From an uncultured Zetaproteobacteria bacterium (lineage in GTDB: Bacteria > Pseudomonadota > Zetaproteobacteria > Mariprofundales > Mariprofundaceae): a DNA stretch of 64,000 nt. A program made the translations under genes and the position numbers. Shown here piece by piece: positions 1 through 10,072 of this stretch (position 1 is the first letter of the stretch; each line of letters begins with the position of its first letter). The notes under the pieces are model-generated. The model did not search any database. It was not told where the DNA came from and saw only the letters and a program-made list of their open reading frames with translations. Location: the NCBI GenBank assembly GCA_964559845.1, contig CAZLJF010000002.1:1544-65543 (forward strand), read 5' to 3'.

Positions 1-516
1 GAGGAAGTGCATGATCGCCATGGTTGCGACCACAAGACCCAGCATCAGATAGAGCGGTGTTCCCGTCAGCCACGCTACGCTGCCATCATCCATCTTCACC
101 TGAAACTGCGGCAGTTGCGCCAGAAAGATCACAATGGCAAGGCCATTCACAAAACCGAGCATCACTGGGTACGGCACCATGCGGATGAACTTGCCCAGCT
201 TCAGCAGACCAAAAGCTACCTGCAGAATCCCCATCAGCACAACTGTTGCAAAGAGATATTCGACACCATGATCGGCAACCAGCGACACCATGACCACAGC
301 AAGCGCTCCGGTTGCACCGGAGATCATGCCAGGACGTCCGCCAACCAGTGATGTGATCAGACCTACCATGAAGGCGGCATAAAGACCTGTCAGAGGGTGT
401 ACACCCGCCACAAATGCAAAAGCAACCGCCTCCGGAACCAACGCCAGCGCCACTGTCAGGCCAGAGAGAACATCATCTTTCACGCCAGCGGCATGCTTGT
501 AATAGAGTGCGAACAT
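1..516 (-). CDS. SulP-family anion transporter, N-terminal part (gene runs off the window start)
   Basis: Absent from the ORF track because it is open at the window edge. Manual minus-strand translation from ATG 516 gives [49 protein letters not shown]... This has the SulP/BicA-type signature and hydrophobic TM segments. The + ORF 7..351 is its shadow. Confidence 0.7.
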   Translation of the reverse strand, partial: MFALYYKHAAGVKDDVLSGLTVALALVPEAVAFAFVAGVHPLTGLYAAFMVGLITSLVGGRPGMISGATGALAVVMVSLVADHGVEYLFATVVLMGILQVAFGLLKLGKFIRMVPYPVMLGFVNGLAIVIFLAQLPQFQVKMDDGSVAWLTGTPLYLMLGLVVATMAIMHFL

Positions 517-581
517 CAATAACTCCGGGAGATTAAAAGCGCCACATTATGCAGCAAACTGCTGAAAATATAACGAAAACT

Positions 582-1412
582 TTAATCGTGTGACTGACAC
601 GCCTCACACGCTACCGAAACAAGTTCGGGGACTTCGCAATCCAGCCTGGCCAGGGTCATGCGACCGCCCCAGACGCAACCGCTATCGAGTCCCAGCACAT
701 GCGGCTGATCAGCCACAAGACCTTTGGCAGCCCAGTGGCCATAAACCACACGACACTGATTCCGCCAGGCAAGTTCCTGATGTGCAAACCACGGTTTTTC
801 ATCAGTAGTTGGCGGGCTACCGGAACGCACTTCCCAGTTAAACAAACCATCCGGCGTACAATAGCGGCTGCGGGTCAGCACAGCGGCGCTAAAAAGAAGA
901 CACTTCAAATCCCCCTTTTCAGGATCGCTTGCTGGAAAAGCGGTATGGTGCAACTGCTGGCAAAAATGCTGCCAGTCATCACCCTGCAGCCTAGCCTCAA
1001 CCCTTTCTGCGCGGCTCTTGGCTTTTTTCAGATTCCAGCCCGGATGCAGACCCGCATGTACCATACACCAGTCCAGATCTTTATCATGATGGAGCAGAGG
1101 CCTGTACCTGAGCCACTCAATCAACTCATCACGATCAGGAGCTGCCAACAGCTCATCCAGTGTATCCCGGCGATATATACGTCCGCCAGTTGCATACTCC
1201 AGCAGGTGCAGATCATGATTGCCCAGCACGGCAATGCAGGCATCACCAAGTGATTTCAGATAGCGGAGAACCTGCAGCGAATCCGGCCCGCGATTGACCA
1301 GATCCCCAACACACCAGAGCTGATCCAGTTCAGAATCAAATTCGACCCTGTCCAGCACCCTTCTCAGGGGTTCATAACAGCCCTGAATATCACCAACCGC
1401 ATAGACTGCCAT
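582..1412 (-). CDS. apaH: Bis(5'-nucleosyl)-tetraphosphatase, symmetrical (ApaH)
   Basis: MAVYAVGDIQGCYEPL... matches the ApaH N-terminus. Metallophosphatase motifs GDLVNRGP and GNHDLHLL are present. Start set at ATG 1412; the ORF extends to 1508 without homology. Confidence 0.85.
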   Translation of the reverse strand: MAVYAVGDIQGCYEPLRRVLDRVEFDSELDQLWCVGDLVNRGPDSLQVLRYLKSLGDACIAVLGNHDLHLLEYATGGRIYRRDTLDELLAAPDRDELIEWLRYRPLLHHDKDLDWCMVHAGLHPGWNLKKAKSRAERVEARLQGDDWQHFCQQLHHTAFPASDPEKGDLKCLLFSAAVLTRSRYCTPDGLFNWEVRSGSPPTTDEKPWFAHQELAWRNQCRVVYGHWAAKGLVADQPHVLGLDSGCVWGGRMTLARLDCEVPELVSVACEACQSHD

Positions 1413-1510
1413 CAGCGCCTGATCCTGCCATAAACTATCATTTCCATAGCATACCAAAATGCAGGCTGTAATAACAGTGGCAAACTGTTGTACATAAGCA
1501 TCTTTCAATT

Positions 1511-4081
1511 ATGCGCATTTCCGGTTACGCTGGCTGCTCTGGAGAGCAGGATATGCGCAAAGAGGCTGAACAGGGACTGATCCGATCCGGCATCGTCTCT
1601 GCCGATGATATTCGTACGGCCAAATTGAAAAGCCGCAGCAACCATATCTCCGTTCTGTTAAACCTGCTGGAGGGGCGTTCAGCCGAGAGTTGCGAAGCCA
1701 TCACAAAAATACTGGCCCAACATTACAAAATTCCCCTGCTTTCTCTGCACAGAATTACACCGCCACAACGCATGATGAAAATGTGTAATCCCAAACATGC
1801 CAGAAAGCTTCACTTCCTTCCTGTCGCCGAGCATGGTGATCAGGTGATCGTAGGTATGGTGGATCCGCTTGACCTTCATTATAGTGACGAAGTCCGCGCT
1901 ATATTCCGGAAGTCTGTTCAGCCCGTATTCATCAGCATGAATGACTTTGAACGCAGCTATTACCGCTTTTTCAGGAAGGGCGTCTCCCTGCCGGCCGAAA
2001 ACCCGGTGCTGATGAATACCGTCATGTTAAAAAAGGCATTTCTTGACAGTAACCAGCCGGAACTGTCCGTTGATGAAAAAGATATCATTGCCAGAAAATT
2101 TGCCGCCACCATCCTTTCCAGGGCACTGACCAGCAGAGCCTCCAGCCTCTCCATTGAACCACAACAGGATATCTCTCTGGTTAACCTGACCCTGGATGGC
2201 AGCGAATACACGCTCTTCAGGTTCTCCATCTCCAACCACAAGGCAATGGTCGATGCCATGATGAAACTGGCAAAGATTGATCCATCCAGACACGAAGGGT
2301 TCGACCGATTCAGTCGCTGCAAGATAAAGTACCGGGGTCACCCCTATATTCTCGCCTACAGCTTCTGTCAGACACCGACCGGTGAAAAAGTGGTTGTTCA
2401 TATCATTGACCCGCGCCTGAATGAGCTGCCGATAGAGCAGTTGGGCCTGCAAAACAGAAGTCTGGACCGGCTTAAACAGGCAATGGAGGAAACCGGAATC
2501 ATTCTGGTAACCGGTCCAAGCGGCTCCGGAAAATCGACCACGCTTCAGGTGCTGGCACGTTATGCAACAACGCTGGGTAAACGTGTTTTTACCATTGAAG
2601 ATATTGTTGGCCTGAAAATTGAAGGTGCACGCCAGTTTCAGGTGAAGCCCCAAGGGCCTGCCAAAGCAACCATGCTGCAGGCTATACAGGCAAAGAATGC
2701 GGATATTGTCATCATTGATGAAATCGATGAAGAGACACTTCCCGCCGCACTTGCTGCCGTTGAAAGCGGCTCTCTTCTTCTGCTTGCAATGACCGCGCCG
2801 GGCACCAGTGAAGCGGTTTCAAAGCTGCTATGTACCGGAGTATCCCGTTCAAGAATTGCTTCAACCCTTAAACTGGCTCTGACGCGCAAGGTGATCCGCA
2901 AGCTCTGCCCTGCTTGCAAAACCACAGCGAGTATCCATCCGGCAACCATGTCACAATGGCAAATCCCGGAGCATCTTGAGTTTCAAACAGCCACTGGCTG
3001 TGATGCATGCAATCATAAAGGCTACCAGGGAAATCTCAGTCTCATGGAACAGCTTGTCATCAGCCAGCCACTTGCTGAACTGATCAAAGAGGGGGCATCA
3101 GGACCGGAGGTATTCGAAGCAGCCAGGTTAGAAGGAATGTTAACGCTATTTGAGCAGGGGTTTAACAAAGTTATTGATGGCACAACCTCCCTGGAAGAGC
3201 TGCTTGCCGCCATTCCATACAGCGAACCCTTCCCAGTTAAAGCCCGGATGCGAATGGGGCGTGTAATGCCACTGCAGAAAGCATCCGAGAGCAGGGAACC
3301 TGTTGCCACAAGACTGTTTGAGAAGAGGCGAGGCTCGTCCGGTGTGCCATCTGAAGAGAAGCTCTCTCCACCCGCAAAGGACGAAATCTCTATCACTTTT
3401 TCTGATGCGAATACCTTGCCTGAACAAAAAGCGGGGATCATCAACGAGGCTCAGGCAACAGGAACAACTGCGCAGGGTGCCGCTAATGAAAACAGAGCCA
3501 ACATCCTTCTGGTGGATGATTCACCTGTAACACTTGAGTTCACACGCCATATTCTTGAGCTATCCGGACATTTTAATGTCGACACCACCGATGCAGCCAG
3601 AAAAGCGCTGGAGATGCTGCAGGAGAAACAGTATCACCTTGTCATTACTGATCAGGAAATGCCGGAGCAAACCGGACAGGAGTTTATCAACTCCATCCGC
3701 CAGCACCCATCACTCAACAGTGTAGGCATCATCCTGTTAACCGGAAACCTGAACGAAATATCGGCACTGGATAGCGGTGCGGACGGCTATATTGCCAAAC
3801 CAACAGACCCTGAGTTGCTGGTGGCAAGAGCCAAGTCAATTGCCGATATATACAGACGCCTGTCAGGTTCAGCACCTGCAAAGCCTGCTGCTACGATATC
3901 AACACGGACAGCAACCTCAATATCCGGTACTCCCGGAAAAGTTGAGTTTACAGCAAAAGATATGGCTAAAATATCAGGTCTCGAACTGGATATTCCTCTG
4001 TCAACAACACCTGCACCAACAGCACCGGTCGTAACAGCAGAGGATGAGGATACGTCCGGGTTTGACGACATCTTCAAGTAG
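1511..4081 (+). CDS. GspE/PilB-family secretion-ATPase-like protein fused to a C-terminal CheY-like receiver domain
   Basis: 856-aa ORF. It has a T2SSE_N-like N-terminus, Walker A GPSGSGKST and a tetracysteine CPAC...CDAC. A linker leads to a REC domain (LLVDDSP, ITDQEMPEQTG, YIAKP) and an Ala/Pro/Thr-rich acidic tail. An alternative ATG lies at 1553. Confidence 0.8.
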   Translation: MRISGYAGCSGEQDMRKEAEQGLIRSGIVSADDIRTAKLKSRSNHISVLLNLLEGRSAESCEAITKILAQHYKIPLLSLHRITPPQRMMKMCNPKHARKLHFLPVAEHGDQVIVGMVDPLDLHYSDEVRAIFRKSVQPVFISMNDFERSYYRFFRKGVSLPAENPVLMNTVMLKKAFLDSNQPELSVDEKDIIARKFAATILSRALTSRASSLSIEPQQDISLVNLTLDGSEYTLFRFSISNHKAMVDAMMKLAKIDPSRHEGFDRFSRCKIKYRGHPYILAYSFCQTPTGEKVVVHIIDPRLNELPIEQLGLQNRSLDRLKQAMEETGIILVTGPSGSGKSTTLQVLARYATTLGKRVFTIEDIVGLKIEGARQFQVKPQGPAKATMLQAIQAKNADIVIIDEIDEETLPAALAAVESGSLLLLAMTAPGTSEAVSKLLCTGVSRSRIASTLKLALTRKVIRKLCPACKTTASIHPATMSQWQIPEHLEFQTATGCDACNHKGYQGNLSLMEQLVISQPLAELIKEGASGPEVFEAARLEGMLTLFEQGFNKVIDGTTSLEELLAAIPYSEPFPVKARMRMGRVMPLQKASESREPVATRLFEKRRGSSGVPSEEKLSPPAKDEISITFSDANTLPEQKAGIINEAQATGTTAQGAANENRANILLVDDSPVTLEFTRHILELSGHFNVDTTDAARKALEMLQEKQYHLVITDQEMPEQTGQEFINSIRQHPSLNSVGIILLTGNLNEISALDSGADGYIAKPTDPELLVARAKSIADIYRRLSGSAPAKPAATISTRTATSISGTPGKVEFTAKDMAKISGLELDIPLSTTPAPTAPVVTAEDEDTSGFDDIFK

Positions 4082-4119
4082 GCTTTTTGATCTCACTGGC
4101 TGTCTCAACACCACCTTCT

Positions 4120-5820
4120 TCATCCCCCTCTTTTCGTACTCCCCTCCTCTTCCTGCTCTTCAGTTACCATATCCTCATCATCCGCCACACTCTCCTCAGC
4201 AGAGGCCATGCAGCGGGAAAAGGTATAGAGAGTGTTTTGCCCCTTCACACTGTAATTCACCAGCCGCTCGATATTCTTCATCAGCTCAATCAGTGCCAGC
4301 ATATGGCGTACGGCAAGCTTTCCTGAAGTTCCTGCCCTGAGAAGCCTGGCCTTCACCTGCTCATAGCTGTACTCCAGATGATCCAGCGTTGCAGCTTCCT
4401 GAACCAGTGTCTGCTCATCCCTGGCCCGCTCCTGAATGCTCTCCAGAACCGAGATGGCAAGCCGCCGGTTCTCTGCCAGCGCCTCATCAATCTCCTCTGA
4501 AATGGAGAACACCTTTTCGCTCTGCCTTTGATCGATATCCTGTGCCAACTCACCTACATCGGAGAAATAACGGGTTGCAGCCATCGAGAGCGGCAGTGCT
4601 TCTGCCACCTCTTCCGGCAGATCGGTACGCCGAAGTTCGGAGGTAAACCCAGCCACAGCATCAATCAGCCTGTCCATCACAAACCGCTCGGTTGCCAGCC
4701 GCGGGCTCAAGCTTGCCTCGGTATTGATTGCATCCTCCGCCATGCGAATAGAGACATCCTGAATACGCTCAAGCTCCTTGGCCAGTGCCTCATGGGCCAG
4801 CAAAGGTGTATTGATAAGCGTACGGTCCAGATATTTCGGACGCGCTTCATCCTCTTCCGCAGCCCTGAACTGTCGTTTGAGAAAGCGCACCAGCCGCTGC
4901 GTAAACGGCCACAACAGCGCCACGCCGAGCAGATTGAAAATGGTATGGAACAGGGCCAGGAAGGTAGCAGCTCCACCCGCCATCTCCATATGCTGCTGAA
5001 ACCACTCAATAGCGATCAGGATCAGCGGCAGAATCAGCAAGGCGATCGCTCCGGTCACAACGTTGAAAATCACATGCCCGGCCGCCACACGCCGGGCATT
5101 GGGCGTGGCGCCGACGGCTGCCAGTACAGCAGTCGATGTGGTACCAACATTAGCGCCGATCACCATGCATGCAGCAGCAGGCAGTGCGACCACTCCTCCA
5201 GCAGCAGCGGTCAGGGTAACGGCAATGGCAGCACTTGAAGACTGCATGATCAGCGTCATCAAAAAACCGACACCGACAAATACCACAAGTCCGGTCATGC
5301 CTCTCTCCTGCAGCACATCAAGCACAAGCAGGCTTTCAAGACCTGAGAATCCTGATTTCATCAGATCAATACCGAGAAAGAAGAGGCCGAAGCCGGCAAT
5401 TGCCTTGCCAATTCCGGGATAGCGCCCATGCCTGGCAAACAGTGTCATCAGCATACCGATGCCGATAGCAGGAAGTGCAAATGCCTTGATATGGAAGCCG
5501 ACACCGATAATGGCCACCAGCCAACCGGTCATCGTGGTGCCAAGATTACTGCCGTAGGCCACCCGAATAGCCTGTTTCAGTGATAAAAGACCCGCATTGA
5601 CGAAACCGATACTGGCCACCGTGACGGCGCTGGATGACTGTACCAGGGAGGTAATCAAGGCACCGGAGAGAATCCCCCGCAGCGGTGTTTTGGTAGATTT
5701 TTTCAGGATTCGGCGCAACGATTTTCCGGCCGATGACTTTAAGCCATCGGTCATTAATTGCATGCCGAGCAGGAAAAGCCCGATACCGCCGGCCAGGCCG
5801 GTAAAAATCTGCCAGGTCAA
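4120..5820 (-). CDS. Na+/phosphate cotransporter family protein with C-terminal PhoU-like domain
   Basis: 566 aa. N-terminus MTWQIFTGLAGGIGLFLLGMQLMTDGLK. Duplicated Na/Pi cotransporter repeats followed by a helical PhoU-like C-terminal half. Confidence 0.8.
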   Translation of the reverse strand: MTWQIFTGLAGGIGLFLLGMQLMTDGLKSSAGKSLRRILKKSTKTPLRGILSGALITSLVQSSSAVTVASIGFVNAGLLSLKQAIRVAYGSNLGTTMTGWLVAIIGVGFHIKAFALPAIGIGMLMTLFARHGRYPGIGKAIAGFGLFFLGIDLMKSGFSGLESLLVLDVLQERGMTGLVVFVGVGFLMTLIMQSSSAAIAVTLTAAAGGVVALPAAACMVIGANVGTTSTAVLAAVGATPNARRVAAGHVIFNVVTGAIALLILPLILIAIEWFQQHMEMAGGAATFLALFHTIFNLLGVALLWPFTQRLVRFLKRQFRAAEEDEARPKYLDRTLINTPLLAHEALAKELERIQDVSIRMAEDAINTEASLSPRLATERFVMDRLIDAVAGFTSELRRTDLPEEVAEALPLSMAATRYFSDVGELAQDIDQRQSEKVFSISEEIDEALAENRRLAISVLESIQERARDEQTLVQEAATLDHLEYSYEQVKARLLRAGTSGKLAVRHMLALIELMKNIERLVNYSVKGQNTLYTFSRCMASAEESVADDEDMVTEEQEEEGSTKRGG

Positions 5821-5958
5821 TCCATACTCCTGTAAAACGACTTACTCGCCGCCCAAACGTCGAAAGTAACCTGCAATCAGTATAGGGTGAATATAACTAA
5901 CTATCAAATATCATTTTAAATATTATAGTTAGGATCATAAATTAAAGTAAGGGTTTAG

Positions 5959-6351
5959 CTAAAAGTGCAGCTTGACCAAGTCAGCTTCCATTGCCAGAAC
6001 CGTGCTCTCGCCCATGGTCTGAACGGAAAGCTTCGGCGTCGGAATGCCAACAACCATCTTGCCGTCATCAATCTCGGCAAAAGCCCGGCTGGACGTAAAC
6101 ACACCATAAGCCGCACCAGCGATAATGCCGACACCCGCCCCTGTCATGATATAGTCCAGGTTATTGGATGGCGAAGAAGAGACAAGCATCAGGCCGGCAC
6201 CAACCAGGGCACCAATCGCCCCGCCATATAGAGCATCTTCAAATACTGTCTCCACCTCAAAATCAGCAGCTTCCACAACCGCCGGGTTTGCCGCCATCAT
6301 TAAGGCAACACAGCAGCCAAACAATGTAGATTTTAGCACTTTTCTCAACAT
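5959..6351 (-). CDS. Small secreted/membrane glycine-zipper protein (hypothetical)
   Basis: Start set at ATG 6351, preceded by GGGAGGG. Signal-peptide-like MLRKVLKSTLFGCCVALMMAANPAVVEA. Gly/Ala zipper segments (GGAIGALVGAG, GAGVGIIAGAAYG). Confidence 0.55.
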   Translation of the reverse strand: MLRKVLKSTLFGCCVALMMAANPAVVEAADFEVETVFEDALYGGAIGALVGAGLMLVSSSPSNNLDYIMTGAGVGIIAGAAYGVFTSSRAFAEIDDGKMVVGIPTPKLSVQTMGESTVLAMEADLVKLHF

Positions 6352-6511
6352 ACGCCCTCCCGTATCAATCAATATTCAGGCCTGGATCCGCACTCTGCCG
6401 CAGAAGAGAGCAGATTAAAACAGCTTTTACGACAATATTCCTGATGCCAAGAGGCTGCAAAGAGGCCACGGGCTTTATGAAAAGATTGTTTACCTCTTTC
6501 AGTAAAACACT

Positions 6512-7459
6512 TTACGCCTTCCGTTCTCCGCCTTCATGAAACAATCTTTCATCCTGCTCCGCATCTGTTGAATTCAACACGGCCAGCAGCGCCGGAATAA
6601 ACCCGGCCAGTTCAGCGGACATAATGGCAAAATCGGCATCAAACCGGGCAATCTCATCACCGTTGGTATCGGCCTGCTCCAGCAGCTCGGAATCATAACG
6701 GATACGCCGGATGGAGAGATCGTCATGCAGTACAAATGAGAGCTTCTCCTGCCAGTTCATGGCCATTTTATGCACACGTTTGCCTGATGACAGATGGGCG
6801 CGGATTTCACTACAGGCCAGATCGACATGCTTGCAGCGGATAACACTGCCGGACTCACCAGCCGCCCTCAGCTCCACCTCATCTTCCACATCAAAGCCTC
6901 CAGACAGACTATCAGCGCTGAACAGCCACTGTGTCATCGCTGATTCAGGAGAAATATTGGTCTGCGGCAGCACCACGTTCAGCGTACCCAGGGTTTTGCG
7001 CAGTAACATGATCAACTCTTCCGCTTTTTTGGAGGAAGAGGCGTTCACAATCAACCAATCGTTTTTCGGGTCAATATAGGCATAGGTGTGGCTCGCCTTG
7101 ACCAGGGCGCGGGGCAGCAGCTCCTGCATCACATGCTCTTTAATATCAGCACGCTCCTTGCGCCCGACAGGCCGACCCGCCTCCTGCTCAATCGCAAAGG
7201 CCTTCTCCTCCACCCGTTCACGGACAAGAGAGGCAGGCAGTACCTTGTCTTCACGACGCAGGCAGATCATCAATTTGCCATCGGTCTCATGCACCAGCAT
7301 CTGCCCATCCAGCCCCAGCGGCCTGGCCCACCCTTCGCATGCAAGCTCCATCTGCCCGCAGCTTCGGGCCTTGCGGCTCTCCAGTGCTTCATGCAACTGC
7401 TGCCCTGTCATTTTGAAAGGCTCTTCAAAACGGTAAAAGTGAATATTTCTAAACCACAT
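6512..7459 (-). CDS. rdgC: Recombination-associated protein RdgC
   Basis: N-terminus MWFRNIHFYRFEEPF... and overall length (315 aa) are typical of RdgC. Confidence 0.85.
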   Translation of the reverse strand: MWFRNIHFYRFEEPFKMTGQQLHEALESRKARSCGQMELACEGWARPLGLDGQMLVHETDGKLMICLRREDKVLPASLVRERVEEKAFAIEQEAGRPVGRKERADIKEHVMQELLPRALVKASHTYAYIDPKNDWLIVNASSSKKAEELIMLLRKTLGTLNVVLPQTNISPESAMTQWLFSADSLSGGFDVEDEVELRAAGESGSVIRCKHVDLACSEIRAHLSSGKRVHKMAMNWQEKLSFVLHDDLSIRRIRYDSELLEQADTNGDEIARFDADFAIMSAELAGFIPALLAVLNSTDAEQDERLFHEGGERKA

Positions 7460-7625
7460 GGTGTTTTCTGTCCTGTTGATAAGCTATGATTATGGAGCGG
7501 AATCGATCCGGACAGCAATGTATCAATTCACCACCGCTTCACAACCGCTCTTTTTCAGGTGTCTATTCAGGATGTCTGAAGTATCCGCCCGTCCATGGGT
7601 CGTACGGATGGGCGGCCAGAATCAA

Positions 7626-8480
7626 TCAACGACTCTTTGCCCGGACATCGACAAGGCGAATGCCGTCATTCTCAAGCGCAATGAGCCTGCGCCTGTAAAG
7701 CGCCCCGACCGCCTTCTTGAACCTGCCCTTACTGACACCGAACAGCGCCCTGATCTCTTCCGGCGAACTTCTGTCGGTCACCGTGATAAAACCACCCTCT
7801 TTTCTGAGCAGTTTCATGATCATACCGGACACCTCATCGCTCTTCTCCGATGGCAGTTGATGCAGACAGAGGTCAATTTTGCCGTCATCGCGTACCTGCT
7901 TGATAAACCCTTTGAGCCTTTCACCCCGTTTCAGTTCCCGGACCACCTCATGATAGTGCAGCAGGCCCCAGTGGGAGTTGTTAACGATCAACTTGTAGCC
8001 CAGTTCCGTCTTGTTGGCGACAAAGAGATCAACCTCCTCACCCACCTCAAAATCATCTTCGGATTCATCGTAGAGCATGTCATCCAGCCTGGCCGAAGCG
8101 ACAATACGATCACTGGCTTCATCGACATAGACACCGACCACATAACGCTTGCCCTCTTCCATTTTCGGCTTCTGTTCTGCAAAAGGTACAAGCAGATCTT
8201 TTGGCAGTCCCCAATCGAGAAAGGCGCCGTTACGCGTTACGGCAACCACTTTCAAGCAGGCGAACTCACCCACCATCGCATACGGCCTCTCGGTAGTGGC
8301 AATAATACGGTCTTCAGAGTCGTGATAGATGAACACTTCAATCTCATCACCGACCACAGCGTTGCGCGGCACATAACGGATGGGAAGCAGGATTTCGCCC
8401 AATGCGCCGCCATCAAGGTAGAGACCGAAATTGACCTCCTTAATCACCTTCAGCCTGTTCGGTCTGCCCAGTTCAATCAT
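7626..8480 (-). CDS. S1 RNA-binding domain protein (CvfB/YitL family)
   Basis: 284 aa. Repeated S1-like segments and the NGAFLDWGLPKDLLVPFAEQ motif. C-terminal winged-helix-like region. Confidence 0.7.
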   Translation of the reverse strand: MIELGRPNRLKVIKEVNFGLYLDGGALGEILLPIRYVPRNAVVGDEIEVFIYHDSEDRIIATTERPYAMVGEFACLKVVAVTRNGAFLDWGLPKDLLVPFAEQKPKMEEGKRYVVGVYVDEASDRIVASARLDDMLYDESEDDFEVGEEVDLFVANKTELGYKLIVNNSHWGLLHYHEVVRELKRGERLKGFIKQVRDDGKIDLCLHQLPSEKSDEVSGMIMKLLRKEGGFITVTDRSSPEEIRALFGVSKGRFKKAVGALYRRRLIALENDGIRLVDVRAKSR

Positions 8481-8632
8481 CGAAAAATCCAGCCATCAGA
8501 AAACCTCGCAGGCAGCCAATCCTGCATCCATCTTGCAAAGCTTGATATAACTAATTCAGATATGCTATGAAACTGCATCAACACCTGCAAACTGAACTTG
8601 AAAGGGTTGGTATGGTCAATGCCTGTCGTTGG

Positions 8633-10072
8633 CTATAAAGTAGTGGAACCATCCAATTGATCAGAAACAGCTGCAGACTCCGTCAGATGTTTTGGAAGCT
8701 CTTTTTGCGTTTTACCTGCCAATTGCCCTAGCTGGTCAATCTGTTTAATCACATTGCCCCGGCCGGACCTGATGCGGTTGTGCGCCGTATCATATGACTC
8801 CTGTGCCTGCCTCAATCGCCGCCCGATATCCTCAAATGCCGTGACAAAGTCCACCATCTTGTCGTGTAGCTTGCTGGCGCGATCAATCAGTTTGACCACG
8901 TTTTCACTTTGGCGTTCATAGCGCCAGAGTTGTTCGATCAGTTTCAACGTTGCATAGAGTGTGGAAGGAGTGACCACGGCCACCCGCTGTTCAAAGGCGG
9001 ATTCGAATATGGTCGAATCCGCCTCAATCGCCATCAGATATGCCCCCTCGATCGGCACAAACATCAATACATAGTCGGGGGAGTTCACATTGGGCAGATG
9101 ATCATACCTCTTCCCTGACAACGCCTGGATATGGGTTTTCAGGCTTCTCAGGTGGGAAGAGAGCGCGGTTTTACGCTCGGCATCATCGCTGGCAGAAACA
9201 GCACGCTCATAATCGGTAAGTGAAACCTTGGAATCGATGATCACCTGCTTGTCACCCGGCATGTAGATCACCACATCCGGGCGCAGGCGCCTGCCCTCTT
9301 CACTGGTAAACGATTGCTCACGGGCAAACTCATGACCTTCGCGCAGGCCGGAGGTCTCCAGAATCCGCTCAAGGATCATCTCACCCCAGTTGCCCTGCGC
9401 CTTACTCTCGCCCTTTAATGCCTGCGTCAGACCAAGGGCATCCTCGGACATTTGACGGTTCAGCCTCTCCAGCTGTGCCAGATGTTCACGCAGACTGGCG
9501 CGATCCCTGGCATCATTCAGGTGTACTTCATCGACCCGTTTGCGAAAATCCCCAAGCTGCTCACGCATCGGTTTTAATATTTCATCAAGGCTATTCCGAT
9601 TCTGTTCGGAGAGGGCCTTACCCTTCTCCTCAAATATCTGATTGGCGAGCAGTTTAAATTCATTCCCAAGTTTCTCTTTAGCCTCTTCAAGCAGTGCCAA
9701 CTTCTCGCTCGCAGCCTTGCGCTCCTCACTCAGCCGTGTTTCAAGTTCGGTGATATTGGATCGATAGTCAGAGAGTTCACGATTCAGAGCATCAACAGTG
9801 GCATCTCTGGCTGCCAACTTCTGTTCAATCTCGGAGAGTTGTTTTTCGGCGTACTGAACCCGCTCATTCAGCGATGCATTGGCCACCATCTGAGTGGTAA
9901 GATCCTGCATCTGGGTGTCAATCAGTCGTTTCTGCGCCTCGATATTCTCTTCCAGTTCAGCAATAGCCTGGCTTTGATTGCGATAGGCAAGAAACCAGCC
10001 AACCAGAAGGAGCCCAATGACTACCAGCAGCCCAATGGCTACCGGTTCACTCAGAACGCCCCAATTGATCAA
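8633..10072 (-). CDS. rmuC: DNA recombination protein RmuC
   Basis: 479 aa with an N-terminal TM helix, a long coiled coil and a C-terminal RmuC nuclease-like region (PDVVIYMPGDKQVIIDSK). The start codon is TTG and overlaps the alaS stop. Confidence 0.8.
   Translation of the reverse strand: MINWGVLSEPVAIGLLVVIGLLLVGWFLAYRNQSQAIAELEENIEAQKRLIDTQMQDLTTQMVANASLNERVQYAEKQLSEIEQKLAARDATVDALNRELSDYRSNITELETRLSEERKAASEKLALLEEAKEKLGNEFKLLANQIFEEKGKALSEQNRNSLDEILKPMREQLGDFRKRVDEVHLNDARDRASLREHLAQLERLNRQMSEDALGLTQALKGESKAQGNWGEMILERILETSGLREGHEFAREQSFTSEEGRRLRPDVVIYMPGDKQVIIDSKVSLTDYERAVSASDDAERKTALSSHLRSLKTHIQALSGKRYDHLPNVNSPDYVLMFVPIEGAYLMAIEADSTIFESAFEQRVAVVTPSTLYATLKLIEQLWRYERQSENVVKLIDRASKLHDKMVDFVTAFEDIGRRLRQAQESYDTAHNRIRSGRGNVIKQIDQLGQLAGKTQKELPKHLTESAAVSDQLDGSTTL

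Noticed and set aside
7-351. 114-aa plus-strand ORF at the window start.
   Set aside because: It is the shadow of the minus-strand SulP permease N-terminus, which translates into a convincing transporter sequence from ATG 516.
7458-8570. Long plus-strand ORF (370 aa) opposite the S1-domain gene. Similar long antisense ORFs occur at 699-1253, 13312-13980, 48845-49972, 50923-51855 and 54238-55263.
   Set aside because: Each lies entirely antisense to a gene with strong, recognisable family motifs (CvfB-like, ApaH, RecA, AcnA, NfeD, HK). Their translations are low-complexity and Arg/His/Gln-rich with no motifs. These are typical shadow ORFs in moderately GC-rich DNA.
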